Positions 12,004 to 22,827 are shown, counted from the first letter of the stretch. The stretch is DNA of 64,000 bases from an uncultured Verrucomicrobiae bacterium (GCA_963706955.1 CAVPOC010000002.1:128001-192000); one strand, 5' to 3'. Notes: a model not told the origin generated them from the sequence alone. A program made the numbers and translations.

Positions 12004-13821
12004 GTGAGTTTTCTCCCTGTTTTGCAAGACGCAACCTCCTCCGACATTGGGGGACTTCGGGCTGATTTGAGGCCGCAAAGTATTCGCGATGCCGTGATCC
12101 GGCTTGCCGGAAATTCTCAGGACGGCATTCAGTCTGCGGGCGCGATGTTGGCGCGGTTGGCCGGCCGCAGCGCGCAAGAGGTGATGACCTACATGACGAT
12201 CCCGTCCACCATCTCGGGAGGTCCGTCGATTTTCCAAGTGCGCATTGGATCCGGCGAAGTTCTCTCGGCGGGAGACGAAGCTGACTTCCTGGTAGCCTTG
12301 CATCAGCACAGCTACGAGGACCATATCGGCTTTCTTCGCGACGGTGGAGTGCTGCTCTACGATGCCGACAATGTCCAGCCCGACCCAAACAAGAAGCAGT
12401 TTGTTCATGTGGGCGTTCCGATCACCGGGCTGACCATCGAAGCGCTCGGCGGATCTGCGAAGGACAAGGGAAAAAATATCTTTGTCCTCGGATTGCTCGC
12501 CCGCATTTTTCATCTCGATACGGAGAAGCTGAAGAAGCTGATCGCGGAGCGGTTCAGCGGAAAATCCGAGGATGTCGCCAACACGGCCCTGACGGCGTTC
12601 CAGGCTGGCTTTGCCTATCCGGTCGGCAATGTGCTTTCGCGCCTTTACCGCTTCGAACACAGCGTGGAAACTGCCACCGGCAAAGCGCAGGTCACCATGG
12701 ACGGGAACCAGGCGCTGGCTTACGGGCTGATTGCCGCGGGCGTGCGCCACGGCGCCGGCTATCCGATCACCCCTTGGTCTTCCATCATGGAGATTCTGCG
12801 AAGCGAGTTTCCGAAGTATGGAGGAGTTTTCGTTCAGGCAGAAGACGAGCTTGGCGCAGTATCGCTCGCGCTTGGTTTCTCTTACGCCGGGCATCTGGCG
12901 GTTACCGGCAGTGCCGGTCCCGGGATCTCTCTGAAGAGCGAAGCGATTGGCTGGGCTTCCATGGCGGAGATTCCGCTCATTGTTATCAATGTTCAGCGCG
13001 GCGGACCAAGCACGGGCCTGCCCACGAACGTGGAACAGAGTGATCTTTATCAGGCGATATTTGGCGGTCATGGTGACAGCCCCCGCGCGGTGCTGGCGGC
13101 GTCGACCGTGGAGGATTGCTTTTACATCGCTCTCGAAGCGGGTCGCATTGCCCGAAAGTACAGCACGCCGGTAATCATTTTGAGCGACTCCTCGCTGGCT
13201 ACGAGAATCGAGGCCTTCGACGAGCCCGACCTGAAAAGCTTGATGCAGGAGCCCAAGCCGGACCTTACTCCTCGCGAGGAGGGCTTCAGACCCTACGCCC
13301 TTGATCGTGTCACGAGTCACGCTGCACCTGGAACCCCGATGCGTGACGGCAAGTATCCGGTCGTCACGGGCCTCGAACATGACGAGATGGGTCATCCCAC
13401 CGGAAGCCCGAAGCTCCACACCGCGATGACTGCCAAGCGCCGGCGCAAGCTGCAACTGCTGGCCGAGGAAATTCCCCTGCCGGAAGTGCACGGCGATCCC
13501 TCAGGCGAGGCATTACTTGTCGGGTGGGGCTCGACCTATGGTCCGATTCACGAGGCGGTCAACCAGGCGCGAGAGCGGGGCGAAAGCCTTTCCGCGCTTC
13601 ACCTTCGTCATGTGCATCCACTGCCCGACGGTTTGAACGAAATCTTCGACCGGTTCAAACGAGTTATTGTCATCGAGATGAACGACGCCGGCCTTTATGG
13701 ATACGGACAGCTCGCGACTATTCTCAGAGCGAGATATTGCAATCCAAAGATTCGCAGCCTGACGAAGACAGATGGGCTGACCTTCCGGGTCCGCGAGATT
13801 TTAGAAGGAGTTTTGAAATGA
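12004..13821 (+). CDS. korA: 2-oxoacid:ferredoxin oxidoreductase alpha subunit
   Basis: GYPITP, QAEDE, GPGISLKSE, VQRGGPSTGLPT and GLEHDE motifs. Confidence 0.9.
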   Translation: MSFLPVLQDATSSDIGGLRADLRPQSIRDAVIRLAGNSQDGIQSAGAMLARLAGRSAQEVMTYMTIPSTISGGPSIFQVRIGSGEVLSAGDEADFLVALHQHSYEDHIGFLRDGGVLLYDADNVQPDPNKKQFVHVGVPITGLTIEALGGSAKDKGKNIFVLGLLARIFHLDTEKLKKLIAERFSGKSEDVANTALTAFQAGFAYPVGNVLSRLYRFEHSVETATGKAQVTMDGNQALAYGLIAAGVRHGAGYPITPWSSIMEILRSEFPKYGGVFVQAEDELGAVSLALGFSYAGHLAVTGSAGPGISLKSEAIGWASMAEIPLIVINVQRGGPSTGLPTNVEQSDLYQAIFGGHGDSPRAVLAASTVEDCFYIALEAGRIARKYSTPVIILSDSSLATRIEAFDEPDLKSLMQEPKPDLTPREEGFRPYALDRVTSHAAPGTPMRDGKYPVVTGLEHDEMGHPTGSPKLHTAMTAKRRRKLQLLAEEIPLPEVHGDPSGEALLVGWGSTYGPIHEAVNQARERGESLSALHLRHVHPLPDGLNEIFDRFKRVIVIEMNDAGLYGYGQLATILRARYCNPKIRSLTKTDGLTFRVREILEGVLK

Positions 13822-14747
13822 ATGCGCCAGCTGTGCTCCCCGAGCGGGAGAAACTTACCAAGAAGGCTCTCACGGCCGACCATCCGACCTGGTGTCCGGG
13901 TTGCGGCGACTTCGCAGTTTTGGCTGGCTTTTACAAGGTCCTTGAAAAGCGGCAGCTGCCGCACGAGAACATTGTCACGCTCGCGGGGATCGGTTGTTCG
14001 TCGCGTTTTCCCTACTTCGTGAACACTCACGGCGCGCACTTCATTCATGGTCGCGCCGTGCCGCTGGCTTCCGGGGTTAGCCTCTCGCGGCCCGATTTGC
14101 ATGTCTTCCTCTTTGGTGGCGATGGGGATGGATTTTCCATCGGGGGCAATCATCTCGACCACGGAGCGCGCAAGAATATCCGGCTCACTTACGTGATCAT
14201 GGACAATTTTGTCTATGGTCTCACCAAGAAGCAGACTTCTCCTACCTCGCCGATTGGATATCGATCAAAGACCGATCCCACCGGAGCGATCGATCAGCCA
14301 GTCAACCCGATCAAGAAACTGATCGCCGCGGGCGCCACCTTTGTTGCTCGAACTCACGCCACCCAGATCAATCACATGATGCAAATGATCGAGCGCGCCA
14401 TGGACCATGACGGTTTCTCGGTGGTCGAGGTGCTCTCCGAGTGTGTCGAGTTTTTCCCGGGCGCATTCGATGCCGGCAACCCGCGCAAAGGGGGCGCTTT
14501 CACCATCATCGACGAGAAAAAGTGGGATAACACGGCTGAGGACGAGGCCCGCCACGACGTGACCGACGAGATCGCCGCTTACCGGCTCGCGAACCTGCCC
14601 TTTCCGGGCCTCTTCGGAGTATTCTATGAGATCGACAGGCCAACCAAGAATTCGCTCGAGAGCAAGTGGATTGCCGAAGCACGGGCAAAATCCGGGGCCT
14701 CTAGCGATTTGGAAATCCTTCAGAAGACGTTCGATCGCCTGAAATAG
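13818..14747 (+). CDS. korB: 2-oxoacid:ferredoxin oxidoreductase beta subunit (TPP-binding)
   Basis: WCPGCGDF, GIGCSSR, HGRA, GDGD...MDN TPP motif; ATGA overlap with korA. Confidence 0.9.
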   Translation: MNAPAVLPEREKLTKKALTADHPTWCPGCGDFAVLAGFYKVLEKRQLPHENIVTLAGIGCSSRFPYFVNTHGAHFIHGRAVPLASGVSLSRPDLHVFLFGGDGDGFSIGGNHLDHGARKNIRLTYVIMDNFVYGLTKKQTSPTSPIGYRSKTDPTGAIDQPVNPIKKLIAAGATFVARTHATQINHMMQMIERAMDHDGFSVVEVLSECVEFFPGAFDAGNPRKGGAFTIIDEKKWDNTAEDEARHDVTDEIAAYRLANLPFPGLFGVFYEIDRPTKNSLESKWIAEARAKSGASSDLEILQKTFDRLK

Positions 14748-14769
14748 CGGCCTTTGCAGGCAAGCTTTC

Positions 14770-14826
14770 TGTAGCGACCGTGTCCCACGGTCGAGAACCC
14801 TCGGCGGCGGGGACGCCGCCGCTGCA
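14770..14826. repeat. GTAG-type REP doublet (REPIN-like)
   Basis: TGTAGCGACCGTGTCCCACGGTCG ... CGGCGGCGGGGACGCCGCCGCTGCA: two inverted hairpins downstream of korB. Confidence 0.75.
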
Positions 14827-14971
14827 ACAAAAACGCCGCGCCTTCGCTTCATTCCGTCCCGGGTGTAGCACATCCGGCATCCCCGGGTGCGGCACGTTGC
14901 CGCAAGCGGCTCGGCTGTCCCGCCGGGCGCGATCTTGGCAAGAACACTGATCGGTAGATTCGATCAGCTTC

Positions 14972-15033
14972 CTTGCTAAGATTTGTCCGGCGAGACGCCG
15001 GACAACCACACCCGAGGACGGGTGTGCTCCCCC
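14972..15033 (-). repeat. GGGGAGCACACCCGT-type double-hairpin repeat
   Basis: Reverse complement is nearly identical over ~60 bp to 33871-33931 and related to 22135-22181. Confidence 0.8.
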
Positions 15034-15153
15034 AACCTTGGCGCTCAGCTGCTCTTATCTCAAAGGGTTTCCACTGATCCGGCAGTACTTCCTCGACTCT
15101 CCGCAAGAATTCTTTTGCTGCCAGGCCTGCGGCGTGAGACAAACTGCCCCCCA

Positions 15154-16527
15154 ATGCTCAACTGGATTTGGCTCGGGCTTGTCCTGCTGGCTGTTCTTCT
15201 CGGGGCGGTGTCCGGACAGCTCGGCGAGGTAACAGGTGCCGCCTTCGAGGCCTGCAAGACCGCCGTAATGACGCTGGCCTTGCCGCTCGCAGGTATCATG
15301 GCCTTATGGCTCGGGGTGATGCGACTGGCAGAGAAGTCTGGCCTTGTCGGCTTTCTGGCCGCGGCTCTTCGGCCGATCATGCGATGGTTGTTTCCGGATG
15401 TCCCCGCCAATCATCCCGCGATGGGTTCGATGGTCATGAACATGGCGGCCAACATGCTGGGGCTGGCGAACGCGGCCACGCCGCTGGGCTTGCGCGCCAT
15501 GCAGGATCTCGAACGGCTGAACCCGCGACCCGGTGTGGCAACAAATGCGATGTGCACTTTTCTTGCCATCAACACCAGTTCGATCCAACTGATACCCGCA
15601 ACCGCTGTCGCGATCCTTTCCGCCGCCGGTGCAACCAATCCCACCTCCATCATCGGAACGGCCTTCATCGCGACGGTCTGCTCGACGGCCGCCGGAATCA
15701 TCGCCGTGAAATCGCTGGAAAAGCTGTCGTGGTTTGCTCTTCCTAAAGTGGAAGTGAGTTCAACCGAAAGTGTGCCTGCGTCGAACGACCTCGTCGCCGA
15801 TGAGGAGGAAGTGCCACCGCTTCGCCCGACTTGGCGCATTCTCCTCGTGTTGACGCTGGTGTTTTTTTGCGTGCTTTTCGTGGCGATGGCATACTTTCCG
15901 GCGACCTTCGAGGTGCTTGCCAATGCCGCCCGAGAGTTTTTATCGGTTTCCACTCCATTTGCTTTTCCTCCGGAGTGGACCGGCCGACATTGGGTTGCTC
16001 GAAGTGTCGAGGCGATTTCCCTTCTCGCGATACCATTCATCCTGACAATGTTTCCCCTGTATGCCGCCGCCAGGCGGGTTCCGGTCTACGAAGAATTCGT
16101 CGAGGGGGCCAAGGAAGGGTTTCAGGTTGCCATTCGCATCATTCCCTTTCTTGTGGCCATTCTGGTTGCCATCGGCATGTTTCGGGCGGCCGGCGGGATC
16201 GACCTTCTTGCTCGCATCCTTTCGCCGATTTTCCAGCCGTTACGATTCCCTGCAGAATTGCTCCCCCTTGTCCTGATGCGACCACTCAGCGGCAGCGGGT
16301 CAAATGGTATCTTCGCGGAACTGGTGAAGACCCATGGTGCCGATAGCCTGATCGCCAAGATGGGCGCCACGATTATGGGCAGCACCGAAACGACCTTTTA
16401 TGTTATTGCAGTCTATTTCGGGTCGGTGGCGATTCGCAGGACGCGCCATGCGGTTGCCGCTGGCCTTCTCGCTGATCTGACCGGCGTCATCGCATCGGTC
16501 ATCATCTGCAATCTAGTCTTCGGCTAA
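15154..16527 (+). CDS. SpmA-SpmB fusion membrane protein (nucleoside recognition/Gate domains)
   Basis: MLNWIW start, ANMLGLANAATPLGLRAMQDL (SpmA-like), VYEEFVEGAKEG and GSTETTFYVIAVYFGSV (SpmB-like). Confidence 0.88.
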   Translation: MLNWIWLGLVLLAVLLGAVSGQLGEVTGAAFEACKTAVMTLALPLAGIMALWLGVMRLAEKSGLVGFLAAALRPIMRWLFPDVPANHPAMGSMVMNMAANMLGLANAATPLGLRAMQDLERLNPRPGVATNAMCTFLAINTSSIQLIPATAVAILSAAGATNPTSIIGTAFIATVCSTAAGIIAVKSLEKLSWFALPKVEVSSTESVPASNDLVADEEEVPPLRPTWRILLVLTLVFFCVLFVAMAYFPATFEVLANAAREFLSVSTPFAFPPEWTGRHWVARSVEAISLLAIPFILTMFPLYAAARRVPVYEEFVEGAKEGFQVAIRIIPFLVAILVAIGMFRAAGGIDLLARILSPIFQPLRFPAELLPLVLMRPLSGSGSNGIFAELVKTHGADSLIAKMGATIMGSTETTFYVIAVYFGSVAIRRTRHAVAAGLLADLTGVIASVIICNLVFG

Positions 16528-16557
16528 GCGCATCCAGCATCTTCGAGATCGCCAAAC

Positions 16558-17514
16558 GTGATCGCCGAGTTTTTCTTTCTCCTTCAGATCGTCGCTCCCA
16601 TTTTCATCGTCATGGCACTGGGCTACGCCATGCGGAAGATCGATATTCTCTCGAGCGAGGCAGATCGCTCGCTCACTCGGCTGGTCGTCACCTTGCTGGC
16701 GCCTTGCCTGGCATTCGACACGATCATCGGCAATGAGGGGCTCGCCAATCCGAAGAACTGGATCCTCCCTCCCATTCTCGGCTTTGCATCGATTGCTCTC
16801 GGAATCGTCGTATCCCGATTGGGCGTAAAGTGCTTCCGAATCCCGGAAGGCAATGCCAGCAGGACTTTTGTTTTCACGGCCTGCCTTCACAACTATGGCT
16901 ACATTCCCCTTCCGCTCTGCCACGCCCTATTCGACCGCGAGACCCTGGGTGTGTTCTTCGCATTTTTTCTCGGCGTCGAGCTGGCGTTTTGGAGTATTGC
17001 TGTTGCGCAACTCACCGGCCATTCCGAGCCCGGAGGTTGGCGCCGCGCGATCAATGCTCCCATCGTCGCGATCCCGACAGCGATAGTCCTAAACGCTCTC
17101 GGCGCAAAAGCCTGGATCCCTCCGGCGGTGGCGACGACCTTTCACTTGCTGGCCGTCTGCGCGATTCCGCTGGCACTGCTTCTCAGTGGCGCGCTTATTG
17201 CCGACTATGTGAACTGGGAGTCCGTGCGCCACGGGCGGCGGACGATTCTGGCATCCGCCGCCGTTCGCATCCTCGCTCTGCCCGCGCTAATGATGACCTT
17301 CACGCGGTTTGCTCCGTTGGATGTTCCCCTAAAGTCCGTGCTGATCATTCAAGCAGCCATGCCGGCCGCCATTTTTCCCATCGTGGTTACGAGAGCGCAT
17401 CACGGAGACATGCCAACTGCGCTTCGTGTAGTCCTCGGCACTTCCGTCATTGGCTTGATCACGATCCCGCTCTGGATCGGATACGGCCTGCATTGGATAT
17501 TGCCAGGGCGCTAG
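16558..17514 (+). CDS. AEC (auxin efflux carrier) family transporter
   Basis: About 10 hydrophobic segments, NYGYIPLPL, INAPIVA and QAAMPAA motifs. Confidence 0.85.
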   Translation: MIAEFFFLLQIVAPIFIVMALGYAMRKIDILSSEADRSLTRLVVTLLAPCLAFDTIIGNEGLANPKNWILPPILGFASIALGIVVSRLGVKCFRIPEGNASRTFVFTACLHNYGYIPLPLCHALFDRETLGVFFAFFLGVELAFWSIAVAQLTGHSEPGGWRRAINAPIVAIPTAIVLNALGAKAWIPPAVATTFHLLAVCAIPLALLLSGALIADYVNWESVRHGRRTILASAAVRILALPALMMTFTRFAPLDVPLKSVLIIQAAMPAAIFPIVVTRAHHGDMPTALRVVLGTSVIGLITIPLWIGYGLHWILPGR

Positions 17515-17540
17515 CAATCCGCCGCAGCCGACGGGCAGGG

Positions 17541-18665
17541 CTACTGTTTCCTGGCCTTGTAAAAATTTATCGCGGTAACGAGATCGACCGCTCTCTGCAG
17601 CACGGTATCGCGGATAGGCGGAGCCTTGCCGCGATCTCGCAGCGCCGCTTGCACGGTTTCAATCTCGGGATTGAGGTTCGCGACGAGCGAGGCTTCGTTC
17701 ATTCTGCGGCGCTCAGGATCGTAGACAAATTGGCTCACCCCTGTTTGCTTGCTTTCCCGAAAGATTTGATCGCGAACGTCGCGCGCCAACCAAATCGAGA
17801 CGTCTGGTTTCACCCCATGAGGGAACATCGCCCCCGCATTGGGAAGAATAACTTGGGCGATGGCCACGCGCAGCGTGGCGTTTCCGTTAATGGTCGCTTC
17901 AGCGAACTCGACGGCTTGGCCGCTCGTCTCCGATCCGATAATCATCGCGCCGGCGTTCAGGCGCAGCGTTCCTGCGAGCGCCTCTGCGGAACCCGCCGTA
18001 TCTGAATCCGTCAGGACGACGAGCACCCCTTCAAAAGAAGGATCCTGGTTCGAGGTAAAGATTCGTTCCTGCTTCGCACTGGGCTTTTGAATCGAGAAGA
18101 GCAGTTTGCCCTTGGCACAGAACCGCCGCGCGAACTCGGCCGCAGCTTCGAAGTCGCTGCCCTCTGAAAGTCCGCGCAAGTCGAGAACGACTGCATCGAT
18201 CTGGCTTTGTGGAAACCCTGCCAACGCGGCATCGAATTGCGCCAGCGTATCCTTGGTGAGCGCACCCGGCCTGATGTAGGCGATGTGCGAATCGAGAATC
18301 TCTGCGAGAAATGGAGTGGCTGGCGCTGGACCGGATTTCGCCGAGGTGCTCACGATAGCAGCACCGGGAGACAGTCGATTGATGAGCCCTTCCAAAGTCG
18401 CTCGCTTAAGCGCCTTCTCATCGACCTTTGAAGTGTCGAAAAAGCCCTCAGTAAATGTCCGCAGCGCCTTTTCCACATCTTCATCCTTCATTTCATCGAT
18501 AAGCTCGCGCATCGTTTGGACCGGCGGCGTGGGACTAGGAGATGGCGACGGCGAGGGAGATGGAGACGGCGACACCTCGGGCGACGGAGTCGGAGAAGGT
18601 GAGGGCTGTTGGGCCCGGAGCGATACTGCCAGGACACCGAAAATCAAGAGAGCGCGAAAAATCAT
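17541..18665 (-). CDS. Secreted S41 (CtpA-like) peptidase-fold protein, probably catalytically inactive
   Basis: Signal peptide, Pro/Ser linker, IAYIR, VLDLR, TAGSAE, IIGSETSG, GVKPDV and D.VLQRAVDL. Confidence 0.75.
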   Translation of the reverse strand: MIFRALLIFGVLAVSLRAQQPSPSPTPSPEVSPSPSPSPSPSPSPTPPVQTMRELIDEMKDEDVEKALRTFTEGFFDTSKVDEKALKRATLEGLINRLSPGAAIVSTSAKSGPAPATPFLAEILDSHIAYIRPGALTKDTLAQFDAALAGFPQSQIDAVVLDLRGLSEGSDFEAAAEFARRFCAKGKLLFSIQKPSAKQERIFTSNQDPSFEGVLVVLTDSDTAGSAEALAGTLRLNAGAMIIGSETSGQAVEFAEATINGNATLRVAIAQVILPNAGAMFPHGVKPDVSIWLARDVRDQIFRESKQTGVSQFVYDPERRRMNEASLVANLNPEIETVQAALRDRGKAPPIRDTVLQRAVDLVTAINFYKARKQ

Positions 18666-19921
18666 GGAGCGCCAATGTCCTCTCTGCGTTGCATTTGGTC
18701 AAAGTGGATTGTGTTCGCCGCTCCATAGGCAAGTTTTCTGGCTCCATCGCGATCGGAGCCGAGTGCGCTGACCCCCAGCACGCGTCCTCCATTGGTGACG
18801 ATCTGCGGCCCATCCTGTTTGGTCCCGGCATGGAAGAGGACCACATCCGCAATCTTTTCAGCTTCGTCCAGCCCACCGATCGGGATTCCCTTTTCGTAGG
18901 TGCCGGGATAACCGCCTGAGGCAAGAACGACACACACTGCCGCCCGATCGTCCCATTGCGGGCGCTGCAGCGCGACAGCGTTGTCAACGCAAGCTTCGAG
19001 GAGATCGAGCAAGTCGCTGCGGAGGCGGCGGAGAAGCACCTGGGTTTCGGGATCTCCAAAGCGGCAATTGAATTCGAGAACCTGGGGACCATTCTCTGTC
19101 AGCATCAATCCCGGAAACAACATGCCGCGAAAGCCGATGCTCTCCGCCCTGATTCCGGCAACAAAGCGATCGAGCACTTCGCTCTTCACTCGCTCAATAA
19201 GCGTTGCATCGAGCGCTCCCGACGGCGAAACGGTTCCCATGCCACCCGTATTCGGACCTCGATTTCCGTCGAATGCGCGCTTGTGATCCTTTGCATCTGG
19301 AAAGAGGCAATATCCGGATTCATCGACAAGCGCATGAATCGAGCACTCCACGCCCCGCAAGCACTCCTCGATGACGATCCTGCGGCCGGACTCCCCGAAG
19401 ACGCCCAGGTCCATAGCGCGATGGATGGCCATGGCTGCTTCCAGGGGATTTTCCGCTACAACCACGCCTTTGCCCAAGGCCAAGCCATCCGCTTTGATCA
19501 CTATAGGATACTTTGCGCCACGACACCAGGCGTGTGCCTCCAGACTGTCAGAAAACTCACTGGATTCCGCGGTCGGGATTCCGTGACGCCGCATGAATTC
19601 CTTGGCAAATATTTTTGACGATTCCAGGCGCGCCGCAGCCGCCCGTGGACCGAAAATTCGCAGTCCCTCGTTCTCGAAGACATCAACAATTCCCGCTGCC
19701 AGCGCGTCGTCCGGTCCGACGACGGTAAGACCGATGTTTTCGCGTTTCGCGAATGCAGCCAGCGCCGGAATTTCCCCCACACCGATGTCAACATTGTCGC
19801 CGATCCTGGCCGTCCCCGCATTTCCCGGCGCACAATATACCTTCGTCACGCGGGGGGACTGCGCGAGTTTCCACGCAAGAGCATGCTCCCGTCCACCCGA
19901 ACCGATGATCAAAACTCTCAT
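18662..19921 (-). CDS. purD: Phosphoribosylamine--glycine ligase
   Basis: MRVLIIGSGGREHALAW, KADGLALGKGV, GPNTGGMG, EFNCRFGDPE and TNGGRVL; ATG at 19921. Confidence 0.96.
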   Translation of the reverse strand: MRVLIIGSGGREHALAWKLAQSPRVTKVYCAPGNAGTARIGDNVDIGVGEIPALAAFAKRENIGLTVVGPDDALAAGIVDVFENEGLRIFGPRAAAARLESSKIFAKEFMRRHGIPTAESSEFSDSLEAHAWCRGAKYPIVIKADGLALGKGVVVAENPLEAAMAIHRAMDLGVFGESGRRIVIEECLRGVECSIHALVDESGYCLFPDAKDHKRAFDGNRGPNTGGMGTVSPSGALDATLIERVKSEVLDRFVAGIRAESIGFRGMLFPGLMLTENGPQVLEFNCRFGDPETQVLLRRLRSDLLDLLEACVDNAVALQRPQWDDRAAVCVVLASGGYPGTYEKGIPIGGLDEAEKIADVVLFHAGTKQDGPQIVTNGGRVLGVSALGSDRDGARKLAYGAANTIHFDQMQRREDIGAP

Positions 19922-20654
19922 GAGCGCCGGCCCGTTGTTAAAAGAGAACCACCATCTGGTCTGGGCGGCAAAATCTCCTTGGAGAGCAAGATCGAAGGTT
20001 TCCGGGGACGGTAGACTTTCGAAAATTGGCTCGCAAAACCCGAGAATGCTTCGGATCGACCCATCGGGATGATCAAACGTGGACGCAACTGGCCGACAAT
20101 CGTGCAGCCTATCTTCATCTGTAAGCCCCGCCGGCAATCCAACCGGCATGAACAAGATATCGACCGGTCCGATTTGCTGCACTTGCGCAGGGGTGAGCCG
20201 ACGCTGAATGTTTCCTAAATAGCAGAAGCGCATTCCTTCGAGTGGCCAAGCAAAAATCAGATTCAGCTCGCCGCTGCTCGCCTCGGGATTGTCGTATGTT
20301 GGTATGCCGCGAATCCGTAGCCCAGCGGCGTTATTCGTCCCGATTCCTATCGCTCCTCGAAAGGTGGTCGGCGAGTTGTCAAAAGCATCGACAAAATTGG
20401 CATCGGAGCGTTCCGTCGAAACCAGCAGAACATCAGGACGCAGGCCGCGTGGCAGAACTCGCCCTGTAGTCCCGGGAGCTATATGGATTGGTAAGCACCT
20501 TCTTGCCAATCGATGAGGTAATCACAAACGTTTCGTGACCGAGCCAGTCTACCCGAACGTAGCGGGAACGAGCCGGAGTCGTTTCCTCCGGTCCTGCGCA
20601 GCCCGCAAGCATCCAGCAGAAAAGCCAGCCGTAAAGGAGATGATTCCAGCGCAT
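19918..20654 (-). CDS. MBL-fold lipoprotein with degenerate metal ligands, frameshifted (~20480, ~20105)
   Basis: LAGC lipobox, WLGHETFVI, PDVLLVS, YLGNI, GPVDILFMPVG and PRLIIPM follow the metallo-beta-lactamase-fold scaffold. Confidence 0.7.
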
Positions 20655-20778
20655 AGAGGAAGACTGCGAAAAATTTCCCGGCTATCTAAACAGCGCAAGT
20701 CTGGCGAGGCAAGTAGCGGCCAATGCACCGCAAAGGAATTGCATCTCACTTCGTGCCGTCCATATTGAGCGCCCGAAC

Positions 20779-22093
20779 ATGACCAGACCTGCCGAGAAAT
20801 ACTTTTCTTTGATCGAAGAGAAGTTGACGTCGGACTATGCGGGGATGTTCCGTGAACCCGGCGGAGCCCTCAAACATCCATTCCTAACACCGGGCAGCGA
20901 CCAGTATGCCGACGTTCTCTGGGATTGGGATTCGTGGCTGAGCAACGTCGCCCTCCGACAAATTCTCGCCAAAGTCAGGCAACAGCGTGGAACTGGATCG
21001 AGCCAGGCCTTACGAGCGCGGCTGCGTGCTCAATTTTCTCGAATTCGGCGGCATGGACGGCTGGATTCCGATCCTCTCCGGTCGCGACGGTTTTCCAAAG
21101 CCCGAGCACATCTATGAGGAAAACATGCGCAAGCCGTGCCTGGCTCAACATGCCGCCTTCCTTATCGAGTCTGACGGGGGCGACGCGGAATGGCTGCGGC
21201 CTAAATTCTATTTCCTGCAAACCTTCCTGAACAACTATCGCCACCATCACCGGCATTCCTGCGGGCTCTATTTCTGGCAGAACGACCTCTCGATCGGGGT
21301 GGACAATGACCCGTGCACCTATTATCGCCCGCCGCGCAGCTCCGGATCCATATACCTCAATGCTCTCATGTCCAAAGAGCTCGAAGCGATGGTCTATCTT
21401 TGCCGGCGCCTTAGCTTGGACGAAGTTGCCGAGCATTACCGAGAAGGACGCCAAGACCTGCTCGCCGCCATCCACGAGCATTGCTGGGATGAACGCGACG
21501 GCTTCTTTTACAGCGTCGATCTCAACCTGCTGCCGGTCGAATCGAAGCGCACATTCGGCCTGCATCAAGGAATGCCACGGGACTGGCCGTGTTTGATCCA
21601 GCGCATCGGCGTCTGGTCAGGATTTCTCGCACTCTGGGCCGGCATTGCCACACCGGAACAAGCGCACCGCATCGTCCAGGAACATTTCCACGATACCAGG
21701 ACCTTCAACGCGCCCTTCGGCATCCGCACCCTCTCGCGCATGGAAAAGATGTACAACGTCCGGGCCACCGGAAATCCATCGTCGTGGCTCGGACCGATCT
21801 GGGGCGTCTCGAACTACATGGTCTGGCGTGGATTGGTCAACTACGGCTTCCGCAACGAAGCCGAAGAATTAGCGACCAAGACCGTTGAGCTCTTCGGCCG
21901 CGACCTGGAACGCTTCGGCGCGCTTCACGAATACTATCAGCCCGACAACGGCGAACCGATTCTCAACCGCGGCTTCCAAAACTGGAACTATCTTGTCCTT
22001 AACATGATTGAATGGCTCAAAGGCAACACGCCCATCGCCGAATTCGGCATGGGCGGGGCCCTAAGAGGCCCTGCGGCCGGCTGCAGCTCGTGA
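20779..22093 (+). CDS. (alpha/alpha)6 glycoside hydrolase, GH63/trehalase-like, one frameshift (~20975)
   Basis: LWDWDSW, GVDNDP, LNALM, FGIRTLS, WLGPIW, HEYYQPDNGE and FQNWN. Confidence 0.8.
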
Positions 22094-22101
22094 CCCATCT
22101 C

Positions 22102-22130
22102 ATCCGCAGATTCCACAGATTACACAGATG
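22102..22130 (+). repeat. Short 9-bp periodic CAGAT repeat
   Basis: CCGCAGATT CCACAGATT ACACAGATG; inverted counterpart at 29432-29460. Confidence 0.6.
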
Positions 22131-22134
22131 GAAT

Positions 22135-22181
22135 GGGGAGCACACCCGTCCTCGCGTGACCAGTGAGGCGTCTCGCCTCAC
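22135..22181 (+). repeat. GGGGAGCACACCCGT-type repeat
   Basis: GGGGAGCACACCCGTCCTCGCGTG ... GTGAGGCGTCTCGCCTCAC. Confidence 0.7.
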
Positions 22182-22251
22182 ACCAGAACTATGATAATAA
22201 CAGAGACTCTCTAAGCCTTGCCCTTTTCCCATTCACACCCTTTCTCGAACG

Positions 22252-22342
22252 AGCGCCAACGGCGCGACCTCATTTCAGCCTGGGGCAACGCCCCAGGAAT
22301 GACACACACCGCCCCAAAACTAGCGCTGAAAGTGCGACTCAT
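22252..22342 (+). repeat. AGCGCCAACGGCGC / CCTGGGGCAACGCCCCAGG / AGCGCTGAA three-hairpin repeat
   Basis: Same three-module order recurs at 40500-40591 and inverted at 40207-40300. Confidence 0.75.
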
Positions 22343-22827
22343 CCAAAAGACTATCGCCTAGATCGGCACCGAACGGCCTCTCGACTTGCACGCCCACACT
22401 CCGCTCTCAAATAAAACGAGCTTTACCTATACCACCAAGCTTGAATAGATGACAACTTGTCAGCACATCAACTAGGACTAAGCTTTTCACAACCAAAAAG
22501 AGCATTCGTCGCAGCATGCTTGTCGCATTAGGTGTAAACGCAGCCGATTCCGATCACAACCGACTGCCATCGCTTCACTTCGCCCTTCAAGGGCTTGCGA
22601 GTTCGGATAATGCTTGGCGCAGTACATGTCGAATCACAATGGCCGCCGGAACTTACCTCCACCGGACGAGAAGCCGTATTCTACCTATCCGTGAAACAAA
22701 CGAAGTTACTCCTTACGATTCCCGATATAGTGAACTTTAGTCCATCTACACAACGTTCGGCGCGGCAAAATGGACTTTCCAACCCTCGGCCGCGACTTAA
22801 ATTTGTGAATCCTACCAGGCAAAGAAC

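Noticed and set aside
15154..16527. SpmAB as evidence of sporulation
   Set aside because: SpmA/SpmB homologues are common in non-sporulating bacteria, and no other sporulation genes are present
18525..18610. 6-bp periodic tandem repeat
   Set aside because: Encodes a Pro/Ser linker in the S41-fold protein
18662..20509. Apparent MBL-PurD fusion (615 aa ORF)
   Set aside because: Caused by indels in the upstream gene. PurD has its own ATG at 19921, overlapping the MBL-fold stop
22751..22761. CAACGTTCGGC upstream of the SDR gene as an attC right end, making the SDR gene a cassette
   Set aside because: No matching left arm or R'' box within attC distance
22430..22800. Lower-GC stretch with short ORFs (22516-22740, 22595-22840)
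   Set aside because: No recognisable family or RNA structure; may be a gene remnant but cannot be supported
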